The notes under the pieces are model-generated. The model did not search any database. It was not told the DNA's origin and saw only the letters and a program-made list of their open reading frames with translations. A stretch of 64,000 nucleotides of DNA, from the sequence record PQ330092.1; one strand, 5' to 3'. This document shows, one piece after another, positions 9,330-17,191 of this stretch (within the stretch, counting starts at the first letter, position 1; each line of letters starts with the position of its first letter). Position numbers and translations under genes: made by a program.

Positions 9330-9686
9330 ATGAAATCTAAAATCTTTTTACCACAATTAATGTGGCATCTAGCAGAGTTAGATGAAAATGATGAATATAC
9401 GGACTATGGTGCATGGGATGACAGTACTGAAACTTTTAAACCAGATGTAAAATATAAAATCATCTGCAATGAAAGCAAAGGACACAAAAGGTGGACTGAA
9501 GAATTTGATCTCGTATTTCTTGACATGAGCACAAATAAGTTTTATCATTGTAATTATGAACGAGGTTTAACAGAAGATAGACCAGTACAACCATTCAGTA
9601 CTGAAACTGATGGTATTAAGTGCAATGAAGTTTCTGTTACCAGAGAAGAAATTATCACTTATCGAACTTTGTGGAAATATTTGTAA
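9330..9686 (+). CDS. hypothetical protein
   Basis: GGAG SD; ORF track. Confidence 0.75.
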   Translation: MKSKIFLPQLMWHLAELDENDEYTDYGAWDDSTETFKPDVKYKIICNESKGHKRWTEEFDLVFLDMSTNKFYHCNYERGLTEDRPVQPFSTETDGIKCNEVSVTREEIITYRTLWKYL

Positions 9687-9687
9687 A

Positions 9688-10086
9688 ATGCTTAAAGAAT
9701 TAGATTTTTCAAACTTAGAAATTATCAGTGCTGTAAAAAACATTTCCGATATGGGAGATGAGAAAGCAGTTCTTGTTACTATTACTTTTGTAAAAGAAAA
9801 AGATAGCTATAGCCATTTAACTGGTATTGAAGAACTAATTCATAAAACCAATCTTGAGAATGATGGTAAACTCATCAAGCTTCAGGCTTCCTACACGCAA
9901 AAAACGTCAAATTTTATAGACCTAAATAATGTAGTCAAGGTGGTATACAATCATCCTGAACACACATATAGGAACACGACAAGAAATGAAAATGTTGCTA
10001 ACGATTCGAATATTATCGAAGATGTTGAATTCATAAACACAATTTTTGATCGTTGTTCTAAGGATTTAAAAAAAGTATACATGTAA
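9688..10086 (+). CDS. hypothetical protein
   Basis: ORF track; start moved to ATG 9688 just after the previous stop. Confidence 0.7.
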   Translation: MLKELDFSNLEIISAVKNISDMGDEKAVLVTITFVKEKDSYSHLTGIEELIHKTNLENDGKLIKLQASYTQKTSNFIDLNNVVKVVYNHPEHTYRNTTRNENVANDSNIIEDVEFINTIFDRCSKDLKKVYM

Positions 10087-10115
10087 TGGGACATTATATG
10101 TTCCAATGATATAAT
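10087..10115 (+). promoter_or_regulatory. promoter of the TGGGACA-N16-TATAAT class
   Basis: TGGGACA 10087-10093, TGA-TATAAT ending 10115; same layout at 21188 and 40200. Confidence 0.7.
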
Positions 10116-10119
10116 GTAT

Positions 10120-10636
10120 ATAGAAAATGACAACGGACATTGAAAAATGGACACTGAGAACCTACTTCTCTTGAAAATGTAAAGGATAGATGAGCTTTAC
10201 CGTTGTAGCGAACAGCAGAAGAAACCTGTTAGAGTACTGGCATTCAAACAAACACGATGTAAGACCACGAATCACGGCGACACGGCTGTATAAAGAACTC
10301 CGATAAGCATACAGAGAGTTCCTAGATAGATGTATAAGGTTCGCACCTTACCAGATTTGCTAAGGGAGTTCAAGGATAGCGGACGCAATTTTTACAAGAA
10401 AGTTGCGTCCAAAATTTGAGAACAAGTACTACTTTGATCGAATAGAGTTAGTACTGAGTGCTGTTGATGAAAAGACCAGCGACCGTTGCATATGACTGCG
10501 ATAGAGAGAAACCGAGCAACCCGCTTTCGCTCTCTAAATTTTGGTACAAGAAAGATCCGTCCAAAATTTGAGAAATTCGCAATTCGATAATATCCGATGC
10601 CATCATCGTCAAGAGAGACTTAATTGTCTCTTTTTT
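10120..10636 (+). ncRNA. candidate ~500-nt structured non-coding RNA (alternatively a transcription-primed origin)
   Basis: Own promoter and terminator, no SD-led ORF, more than ten stem-loops, 28/30 internal direct repeat, elevated G+C. Confidence 0.6.
10611..10636 (+). terminator. Rho-independent terminator closing the non-coding unit
   Basis: agagac-ttaatt-gtctct then T-run. Confidence 0.8.
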
Positions 10637-10776
10637 ATTACCTTCATTCCCCTGCGGGGGGATGTAATAGTCCTCAACAAATCCCGTCAAGTTTTTAAAG
10701 TACATTATCATTTTCAGAAGGAACTAGTTTACGAAGTAAACGCAGTGACTTCTTGAGTTACGAGAGAACGAAGTGA

Positions 10777-11205
10777 ATGAGTAACACAACGAAAATATCC
10801 GATAAATCCGAATTAACACAAATGTTATTCAAAGAATATTTTGAGTTTCAGATAAAAGACGAACATCAATTACCACAGCAATATTTGAAAAGAATTAAAG
10901 ATCCGTCAGTAATTACTAAAGAAACTAATTTTTATAATAGTATTTTGGATTTCGTTAAATCAGTTCATACAACAAGACCTATTGTAGTTTTGTTTTTTGA
11001 TAAATCTATTCCTTTAGTAGTTCCTGAAAATGTATTTTTTATTTCAGAAACTGATTTAAATAATCAAAGTACTGTAAGTAGATTAAGAAATTGCTTACTT
11101 GTAGTATGTGATTCTTCTTTGTATAATAACAGAATACTATGGGATAGAAGTAAACGCAATGCAGTTTCTGAAATGAATCCTGAAATTACCTTTATTATTA
11201 ACTAA
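10777..11205 (+). CDS. hypothetical protein
   Basis: ORF track; typical AT-rich phage composition. Confidence 0.7.
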   Translation: MSNTTKISDKSELTQMLFKEYFEFQIKDEHQLPQQYLKRIKDPSVITKETNFYNSILDFVKSVHTTRPIVVLFFDKSIPLVVPENVFFISETDLNNQSTVSRLRNCLLVVCDSSLYNNRILWDRSKRNAVSEMNPEITFIIN

Positions 11206-11237
11206 ATAATAAGAGAATAACTCTAAGGAGAGATATT

Positions 11238-11678
11238 ATGGAAGATATTAATGATTTACGACACGTAATGGACTTTATCGGAAGTACTGAAGAAGATAAT
11301 TCGTATGATGAAGTACTATTAACTTTTATTGAAAATAGTTTGTTTTTAAGTTCTGCTGCACATAACTGGCACTTACAATGTCATTTTTATACAAAGCATT
11401 TACAATTAGATGAACTATATAAAGAATTACCAGAATATGTAGACGCATTTGTTGAAGGTATCATGAATAATCGTGGTGCTTTACAAGTTGGAACTGGTAA
11501 TAGTTATCGTTTTACACCAATTGAAGATTGTGTACCAATTCTTGAAGAATATGTTGAGCAATGTAGAGCAATTCATGATATGCTTGAAGAATCAGGTGAT
11601 TACGGCAGTGTAAACACATTAGAAGATATTATGAGTTTTGTTGAAGGAACACTTTACAAACTTAAAGTTTTACAATAA
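11238..11678 (+). CDS. Dps/ferritin-like protein
   Basis: AHNWHLQC..Y.KH..LDELY.EL..YVD.FVE resembles Dps ferroxidase helices; AAGGAG SD; TAAATA at 11203. Confidence 0.7.
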   Translation: MEDINDLRHVMDFIGSTEEDNSYDEVLLTFIENSLFLSSAAHNWHLQCHFYTKHLQLDELYKELPEYVDAFVEGIMNNRGALQVGTGNSYRFTPIEDCVPILEEYVEQCRAIHDMLEESGDYGSVNTLEDIMSFVEGTLYKLKVLQ

Positions 11679-11685
11679 AATATAT

Positions 11686-11715
11686 GGAGAGTCATTGTGA
11701 CTCTCCTTTTCTTTT
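11686..11715 (+). terminator. Rho-independent terminator
   Basis: ggagagtca-ttg-tgactctcc then ttttctttt. Confidence 0.85.
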
Positions 11716-11726
11716 GGAGAAATAAA

Positions 11727-12344
11727 ATGAAATCTCATGATTTAGCAAAATTACTACTATCTCAACCAAATCTAGAAATTTATCATTATGATGCAGAGAG
11801 TGACTTGCATTATCAGAATTTTGATAATAAATTAATGGTCACCCCATCTGGCATTTTCACAACGGTAAAACCCACATCAGTTTCTGAAAATGTACTTACA
11901 CCATACGAAACCCCGCTCTTGGGTCATGTACAAATTTTCTTTAAGGATGGTACTATTACTCCAAAATTGGAGGGTTCATCTATTCAAACTGTTCTTAACT
12001 TAGAATCTGGGTTGATATTTAACATTCCTTATGAAAAGCCAATTGTTTTATTAGGTAAAAATCAATCAGCACCATCAGGGAATCAAAATGCTGTTTGGTA
12101 TACACCCGATGATATTGATTTCATTTCTGTACTGACAGAATATGAACCTAATACTTGGCATGGAACATGGGAAACTATGTCGTATGATGAAGCAATTGAA
12201 TGTGGTAAAAATTTAGTTAAAATGTTATTTCCACAAAAAGAAGAACTTTCACAAGAACAAATTGATTCATTTTCTAAAGATTTTCCTGATTCTGAATTCA
12301 ATGTAAAAGTATCACCTTCTATGATTGATAAAATTAAAAAATAA
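11727..12344 (+). CDS. hypothetical protein, paralogue of 13080..13664
   Basis: GGAG SD before ATG 11727; MKSHDLAKLLLSQPNLEIYH N-terminus. Confidence 0.8.
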   Translation: MKSHDLAKLLLSQPNLEIYHYDAESDLHYQNFDNKLMVTPSGIFTTVKPTSVSENVLTPYETPLLGHVQIFFKDGTITPKLEGSSIQTVLNLESGLIFNIPYEKPIVLLGKNQSAPSGNQNAVWYTPDDIDFISVLTEYEPNTWHGTWETMSYDEAIECGKNLVKMLFPQKEELSQEQIDSFSKDFPDSEFNVKVSPSMIDKIKK

Positions 12345-12356
12345 AAGAGGTTGAAC

Positions 12357-12710
12357 ATGAGTGATTACCGCGTAACATCTGGACTAATGGCACGTCTTAT
12401 TGAAGCAGTTCCTGAAGATGATTATGAAGCTATTTCAGATCGTCTTTTTGACGCAGATTCTAAACTTCATATTACATATGATGGTGCATTGATTTACAGT
12501 ACTGATATTGATATGTCTAGTTATGAATTTGAGATTTCTTTTGGTAACAAACTAACTACTGAAGAATTCGCTCGAAAATGTGAGCGTGAAGGATTCTGTA
12601 TTGATATTAGTTCAGTTCAGCCATATACATCACTGTGGTATGATGGTGCTGATAGTCCAATGTCTACTACATCTTTACAGGATTTTCTAAATGCAAATCA
12701 AAAAGATTAA
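12357..12710 (+). CDS. hypothetical protein
   Basis: AGAGG SD, ATG 12357. Confidence 0.75.
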   Translation: MSDYRVTSGLMARLIEAVPEDDYEAISDRLFDADSKLHITYDGALIYSTDIDMSSYEFEISFGNKLTTEEFARKCEREGFCIDISSVQPYTSLWYDGADSPMSTTSLQDFLNANQKD

Positions 12711-13083
12711 ATTCCACCAGCATTGTTCTATACATGAATGTGATGATTGTGGTATACAAATGAGTGACATTTATACAGTTTCCTGTAAAGGTTTCAAATT
12801 CACTCACGGTGAACCTGCTTATTGTTATGGTACAGAAGAAGGTGATATCGAAGTAGTACTGAAAGAATTGTTCCAGTACTTGCAAAGTGTAGGTCATGAT
12901 GTTACAATACCCACATATTATGAAGATGATTATGATGCACATGTAGAAGAAAATACATATTATAATCAATTCGTTTATGGTAATGGTTTTATCACATACC
13001 TACATGAGAATGGTATTGAGGTAAAAACTAAGTACACCAGTGATGATTATGATGATGATAATTCTATGGAGATTGAAGATTGA
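12691..13083 (+). CDS. hypothetical acidic protein with N-terminal Cys/His cluster
   Basis: HQHCSIHECDDCG; ORF track. Confidence 0.7.
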   Translation: MQIKKIKFHQHCSIHECDDCGIQMSDIYTVSCKGFKFTHGEPAYCYGTEEGDIEVVLKELFQYLQSVGHDVTIPTYYEDDYDAHVEENTYYNQFVYGNGFITYLHENGIEVKTKYTSDDYDDDNSMEIED

Positions 13084-13664
13084 AAGCAAAAGACTTAGCA
13101 GCACTGTTGTTGCAGAATCCTGAAATGGAAGTGTATCATGAGCACATGCACATTGATGACATGTGTGACGCTTATTATTCACCAGAAAATGTGTCTGGTA
13201 TTGAAATTACCCCTAGTGGAGTATTCATCAGTACTAAACGTATTGATTATAATTCTCAGCAAGAAATCAAAACTCCACATAATAAACCTCGCATTGGTGC
13301 TATTGACCTAGTATTTCATCAGGACCGTTTGGTGGAATATGATGAAGACGATGGTACTACCCGAACTGATGTTGAGAATGTTGTTTTTCGTTTTTATAAT
13401 GCATACGAAGACCCAACTACTGGAGAAGATTTCTTCCGTGAGCTATTAGAGGATGGAGAAGTTTATGGTCAGGATGGTACGGTTTTTGTACTGGACCCTA
13501 ACTATGAGCCAGATCACAATACATGGCAATTCTATACACCAGAAGATGTAATGGAAGTTAAAGTACTTACTGATCTTGACGATAATTGGAATCCTATGTA
13601 TACTTCAATGACATATGAAGAAGCGAAAGAATACTTCGTTTCTAAACTAAACATTACAAAATAA
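13080..13664 (+). CDS. hypothetical protein, paralogue of 11727..12344
   Basis: KAKDLAALLLQNPEMEVYH; TPSGVF; MTYEEA. Confidence 0.75.
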   Translation: MKAKDLAALLLQNPEMEVYHEHMHIDDMCDAYYSPENVSGIEITPSGVFISTKRIDYNSQQEIKTPHNKPRIGAIDLVFHQDRLVEYDEDDGTTRTDVENVVFRFYNAYEDPTTGEDFFRELLEDGEVYGQDGTVFVLDPNYEPDHNTWQFYTPEDVMEVKVLTDLDDNWNPMYTSMTYEEAKEYFVSKLNITK

Positions 13665-13681
13665 TAAGGATTCACAAATTT

Positions 13682-13963
13682 ATGAAAATTGTTGCAAGTG
13701 CATGGATGAAACTACCAGATGGTACAACTGCTTTTGAAGAATATGGCTTTGTTGAAAGTGTCGATGAATTAAAGCGTTTCAAGTGTGAAAATGATGATGA
13801 TGTTTTTGATATTGTATTTGTATATCATCATATTCCTAATGATACTGATTATGAACATTATTATTATCATCCTGATTTGTTGGAAACACTTGTATGCGAC
13901 AACTATCATGAAATTGATGAAAATACAGCTTTACTAATGTTGAGTACCGTATCTCCGGTATAA
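13682..13963 (+). CDS. hypothetical protein
   Basis: AAGGA SD; ORF track. Confidence 0.7.
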   Translation: MKIVASAWMKLPDGTTAFEEYGFVESVDELKRFKCENDDDVFDIVFVYHHIPNDTDYEHYYYHPDLLETLVCDNYHEIDENTALLMLSTVSPV

Positions 13964-13971
13964 GGAGTAAT

Positions 13972-14451
13972 ATGTATAATCTTATAATTATCCGCGAACC
14001 ATATGAATCTGACAACAGTTCAACTGATGGTGAGGTTTTAGTATATCAAAGTTATGAACAAAGTGGCATTGAACATGAATTAAAAGATTATTTACGTCAA
14101 CATATATATCTATATCGTACAGAACCACGTGAACAGTATGGAGATATAATGTTTATCGTAACTCATAATGGTGCAGTAATTGAACATGTAAATATGACAA
14201 ATAACATGTATTTTCATAATTACACTGATACGTCTAAAGAATTAGGAAACGATTTCAAGTCTGTTTTCGATGCATTGCGTATCAATTTTTTTAAAAATGA
14301 CAAATTCTGTACTGATATTAGATTAGAAGAAGCAAATACAAAAAAGAAACTTTCTCGAAAATACGAGAGTGATAGAAAAAAAGAACAAGAGATTCAGCGT
14401 TTACACGAATTGATGAAAAAATACCCTAATGAGGTACAACATGGCTCTTAG
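13972..14451 (+). CDS. hypothetical protein
   Basis: AAGGAG SD; ORF track. Confidence 0.75.
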   Translation: MYNLIIIREPYESDNSSTDGEVLVYQSYEQSGIEHELKDYLRQHIYLYRTEPREQYGDIMFIVTHNGAVIEHVNMTNNMYFHNYTDTSKELGNDFKSVFDALRINFFKNDKFCTDIRLEEANTKKKLSRKYESDRKKEQEIQRLHELMKKYPNEVQHGS

Positions 14452-14779
14452 AGGTTCAAATCAATATAAATGTATTGCAGAGATCAGGAAGAAAGATGGA
14501 ACACTTGTAGACCGAGCATTGAAGCAAGAATATAAAGAATTACGTGATGTGGTACATAATGATAGTTATGGTGGGATGCGTCGTCAAAAAATTTATGAAT
14601 ATCTAAAGAAAGGTTTAGAAATTCAGGTTAATGGTCTTCATTGCATTCAAACAAAAAACGATCCTGATATTCTACGTTTGTTGAAAGAAGATAAGATTGA
14701 AATGTTTAATGTTCCTATTTCATTCTATGGTAATAAACTAAAATGTAAGCATACTTTCTTGAGGATTAAAAATGGTTGA
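14441..14779 (+). CDS. hypothetical basic protein
   Basis: GAGG SD before ATG 14441. Confidence 0.7.
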   Translation: MALRGSNQYKCIAEIRKKDGTLVDRALKQEYKELRDVVHNDSYGGMRRQKIYEYLKKGLEIQVNGLHCIQTKNDPDILRLLKEDKIEMFNVPISFYGNKLKCKHTFLRIKNG

Positions 14780-14996
14780 TTCATTTATGAAAAAAATCTT
14801 TAAAAAATTACTATCTGGATTTGAAAAAGCAGTAAGTCTTATTTTCAGTTCAGTTGTAATGGTTATTACAGTACTGGCGTTTTCTCTAGTACTGCATTTT
14901 GTACCATTCTGGTTAATCTTTATTGTACTTATTGCTCTGCTAGGTGCACATGTTTATTATGTTTACCGTGACGCATTGGATGATGATAACGATTAA
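14772..14996 (+). CDS. small two-TM membrane protein
   Basis: Long hydrophobic stretch SLIFSSVVMV...ALLGAHVYY; GAGG SD. Confidence 0.7.
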   Translation: MVDSFMKKIFKKLLSGFEKAVSLIFSSVVMVITVLAFSLVLHFVPFWLIFIVLIALLGAHVYYVYRDALDDDND

Positions 14997-15041
14997 ATGT
15001 ATTTGACCTCACTATGTGGGGTCTTTTTTAAGGAAAATTAT

Positions 15042-15494
15042 ATGCTTATAGAAACAGAAACATTTAAGCGTTTTATTGACGTATGTCGTGATACGTGTTT
15101 TTGTTATCTTTCATCACAAGAACAGTTCGATGCAATGAGTGATGTGTTAGGTTATCGCCGTTCGGTATTGATGTATTTTGATGGTCCTTTGATTGAAGTT
15201 CATGATGATGTGTATTCCCTACAATATGTATCAATTAACAATGCGTTCATTTTTATTGCTGACTCGTACTCAATTGTAGTTGAGGAACGTGGTAAAGGTA
15301 TACCAACAACACACTATATTGATTGTCAAAGAACTGATTGTGTTTATAGTTCTGGACTAATACAAACACCAATTCCATATCCTAGCATTTATATAAACAC
15401 ACTCCATCAAGAAATTATTGAGTACTGTAATAGTATTTCTGATACAGATACACAGTATTTTCCTATTGTATTATTGAAAGGAGTTAGAACATGA
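15042..15494 (+). CDS. hypothetical protein
   Basis: AAGGA SD before ATG 15042; terminator-like hairpin at 15005-15029 upstream. Confidence 0.7.
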   Translation: MLIETETFKRFIDVCRDTCFCYLSSQEQFDAMSDVLGYRRSVLMYFDGPLIEVHDDVYSLQYVSINNAFIFIADSYSIVVEERGKGIPTTHYIDCQRTDCVYSSGLIQTPIPYPSIYINTLHQEIIEYCNSISDTDTQYFPIVLLKGVRT

Positions 15495-15880
15495 GATGGC
15501 GTAAACGACACGTAAAAAGATTTGATAAAATAATCAAAAAATATTACTCACATAAGTTAGATCCAATCATACTTCAACTAAGAAGTAGTATGTTTGATAG
15601 ACGTTTTCCACAGTGTTTAGAATCGTACAGTCGTAAACGTTACAAGAATGAATACCTGGTATATCGTTATGATTTATCAGAATTCTTTTTGAATACTCGT
15701 GTATCTGTACCCATCAGACTGTACTCAAGGGTAAAACGAAGTAGGGTTCAAGATATTACATATGGATATCTTATGATTGAAATCGACGACCTCAATGAAA
15801 AAACTGGCAGAAATTACAGTACTTTATGTCTGGAAAACCATGATTCAATAAAAAGAATCATAGAAGAGTTGGGAAAGTGA
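15491..15880 (+). CDS. hypothetical basic protein
   Basis: ATGA overlap, AGGAG SD. Confidence 0.7.
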   Translation: MRWRKRHVKRFDKIIKKYYSHKLDPIILQLRSSMFDRRFPQCLESYSRKRYKNEYLVYRYDLSEFFLNTRVSVPIRLYSRVKRSRVQDITYGYLMIEIDDLNEKTGRNYSTLCLENHDSIKRIIEELGK

Positions 15881-15903
15881 GATTTTTAGTGCTATAATTG
15901 GAG

Positions 15904-16254
15904 ATGAGTATGAAATACATCGATAAAGGTACAGTGGAGACACAGTACTGGAATATCCATATTGCTGGTGATATTCAAACAGCAAGAGAATACACAAGAA
16001 AATTTGCGTTTAAGCATGGCTTTTGTGTACAATTAATTCCCTGTGAATATATCTACACTGGTGGTCTTGAAAGTGGGATGTGTGCTCGTATTATTCAGTA
16101 CCCACGCTTTCCAAAAGAAGAAGTATATCTCAACCGAGATGTATTAAACTATGCAAAGGGTTTAGCTGAAGAGTTGTGTCAAAAGAGCTTTACTATAGAG
16201 CGAAATAATGATACAATTTATTATGAAAGTGATGAACCTTTACACAAGAAATAA
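15904..16254 (+). CDS. conserved hypothetical protein
   Basis: YIYTGGLESG...IIQYPRFP motif; start uncertain (15904 or 15910). Confidence 0.7.
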   Translation: MSMKYIDKGTVETQYWNIHIAGDIQTAREYTRKFAFKHGFCVQLIPCEYIYTGGLESGMCARIIQYPRFPKEEVYLNRDVLNYAKGLAEELCQKSFTIERNNDTIYYESDEPLHKK

Positions 16255-16265
16255 AAGGAAAATAT

Positions 16266-16397
16266 ATGAATGGACTAAAGAAATTTGGTAAAGATTTTCT
16301 AAAATGTATACGCTATACATATGATGCAAACCCAGAAATGACTGCTATTGTGGGTGTGTTTATTACACTTGTTGTATTAAGTTTTATTGTGGTGTAA
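16266..16397 (+). CDS. 43-aa single-TM membrane protein missed by the ORF track
   Basis: AAGGA SD; MNGLKKFGKDFLKCIRYTYDANPEMTAIVGVFITLVVLSFIVV. Confidence 0.6.
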   Translation: MNGLKKFGKDFLKCIRYTYDANPEMTAIVGVFITLVVLSFIVV

Positions 16398-16401
16398 AAG
16401 T

Positions 16402-16605
16402 ATGATTGAAATCAATGCTGATATCTATTGTAGTGCAGCACCAAATTACTTCATTTATGCTTTGAGTACATTTGGTGAAACTGACGGTGAAACTTTTGTT
16501 TTAGTAGATAATACTACATGGTACAAAACAAGTAATAAAATTCCTAAAGACGTTTTGGAAACATATGTTCGTATTGAAAATAAAAACATATATGTAAATT
16601 TATAG
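16402..16605 (+). CDS. hypothetical protein
   Basis: ATG 16402 just after the previous stop. Confidence 0.6.
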   Translation: MIEINADIYCSAAPNYFIYALSTFGETDGETFVLVDNTTWYKTSNKIPKDVLETYVRIENKNIYVNL

Positions 16606-16612
16606 GTAAAAT

Positions 16613-17023
16613 ATGATTGAAATGGAAGGAACTCTGGTGTATGATCCAGACCGTGGCACTATGAAAAAGAAGAAGGACTTCTGGTTAGTACTACAACTTC
16701 CATTACAGTTGGTTCGATACTACCAGTACTTCATCAGAACTGACTTACATATTGATATTAAAGACCCACAATGGGGAGCACATGTCAGTATCGTTCGTGG
16801 TGAAGTGCCACCAAATCCAGAGTACTGGAAAAAGTACGATGGAATGAAAGTAAAGATAAAGTTCAATCCTTGTATTGAGATAGTAAAAGATAAAAAGAAT
16901 CCAGGTTCATTCTTTATCATTGAATTTGAAGATGATTTCATCACACATATTAGAAATGAACTAGGACTACCAACCAAGTACTTTAAATATCACATCACTG
17001 TAGGTAGAACCTATTACGATTAA
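16613..17023 (+). CDS. 2H phosphoesterase-family protein
   Basis: Two HxS/T motifs (AHVSIV, YHITVG) about 75 aa apart. Confidence 0.7.
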   Translation: MIEMEGTLVYDPDRGTMKKKKDFWLVLQLPLQLVRYYQYFIRTDLHIDIKDPQWGAHVSIVRGEVPPNPEYWKKYDGMKVKIKFNPCIEIVKDKKNPGSFFIIEFEDDFITHIRNELGLPTKYFKYHITVGRTYYD

Positions 17024-17191
17024 TGTGGTTTTTATGGTAAATATATCTTGTAATAAAATAAAAATATGCTATACTACTTAAACATTTGAAAAGAACGTTT
17101 TTGTACTGTAGAAAGTCCGATGAGGCTTTTGCAAATGGCCTCTTTGCCATCTTTGTGATTGCCCATCTTAACAATCAACAAAGGAGGCGTT

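Noticed and set aside
10185-10215. Hammerhead-like string agatgagc...gcgaac
   Set aside because: Core deviates (UAGAUGA instead of CUGAUGA, GAAC instead of GAAA) and no stem I/III or UH site found
10448-10756. ORFs 10448..10711 (-) and 10541..10756 (+) in the non-coding unit
   Set aside because: No SD, atypical composition, and both cross the terminator and hairpins; the region is better explained as structured RNA
17111-17126. gaaagtcc / cgatgag resembling RNase P or hammerhead cores
   Set aside because: Other conserved elements are absent and the region is too short; kept only as an SD-switch candidate
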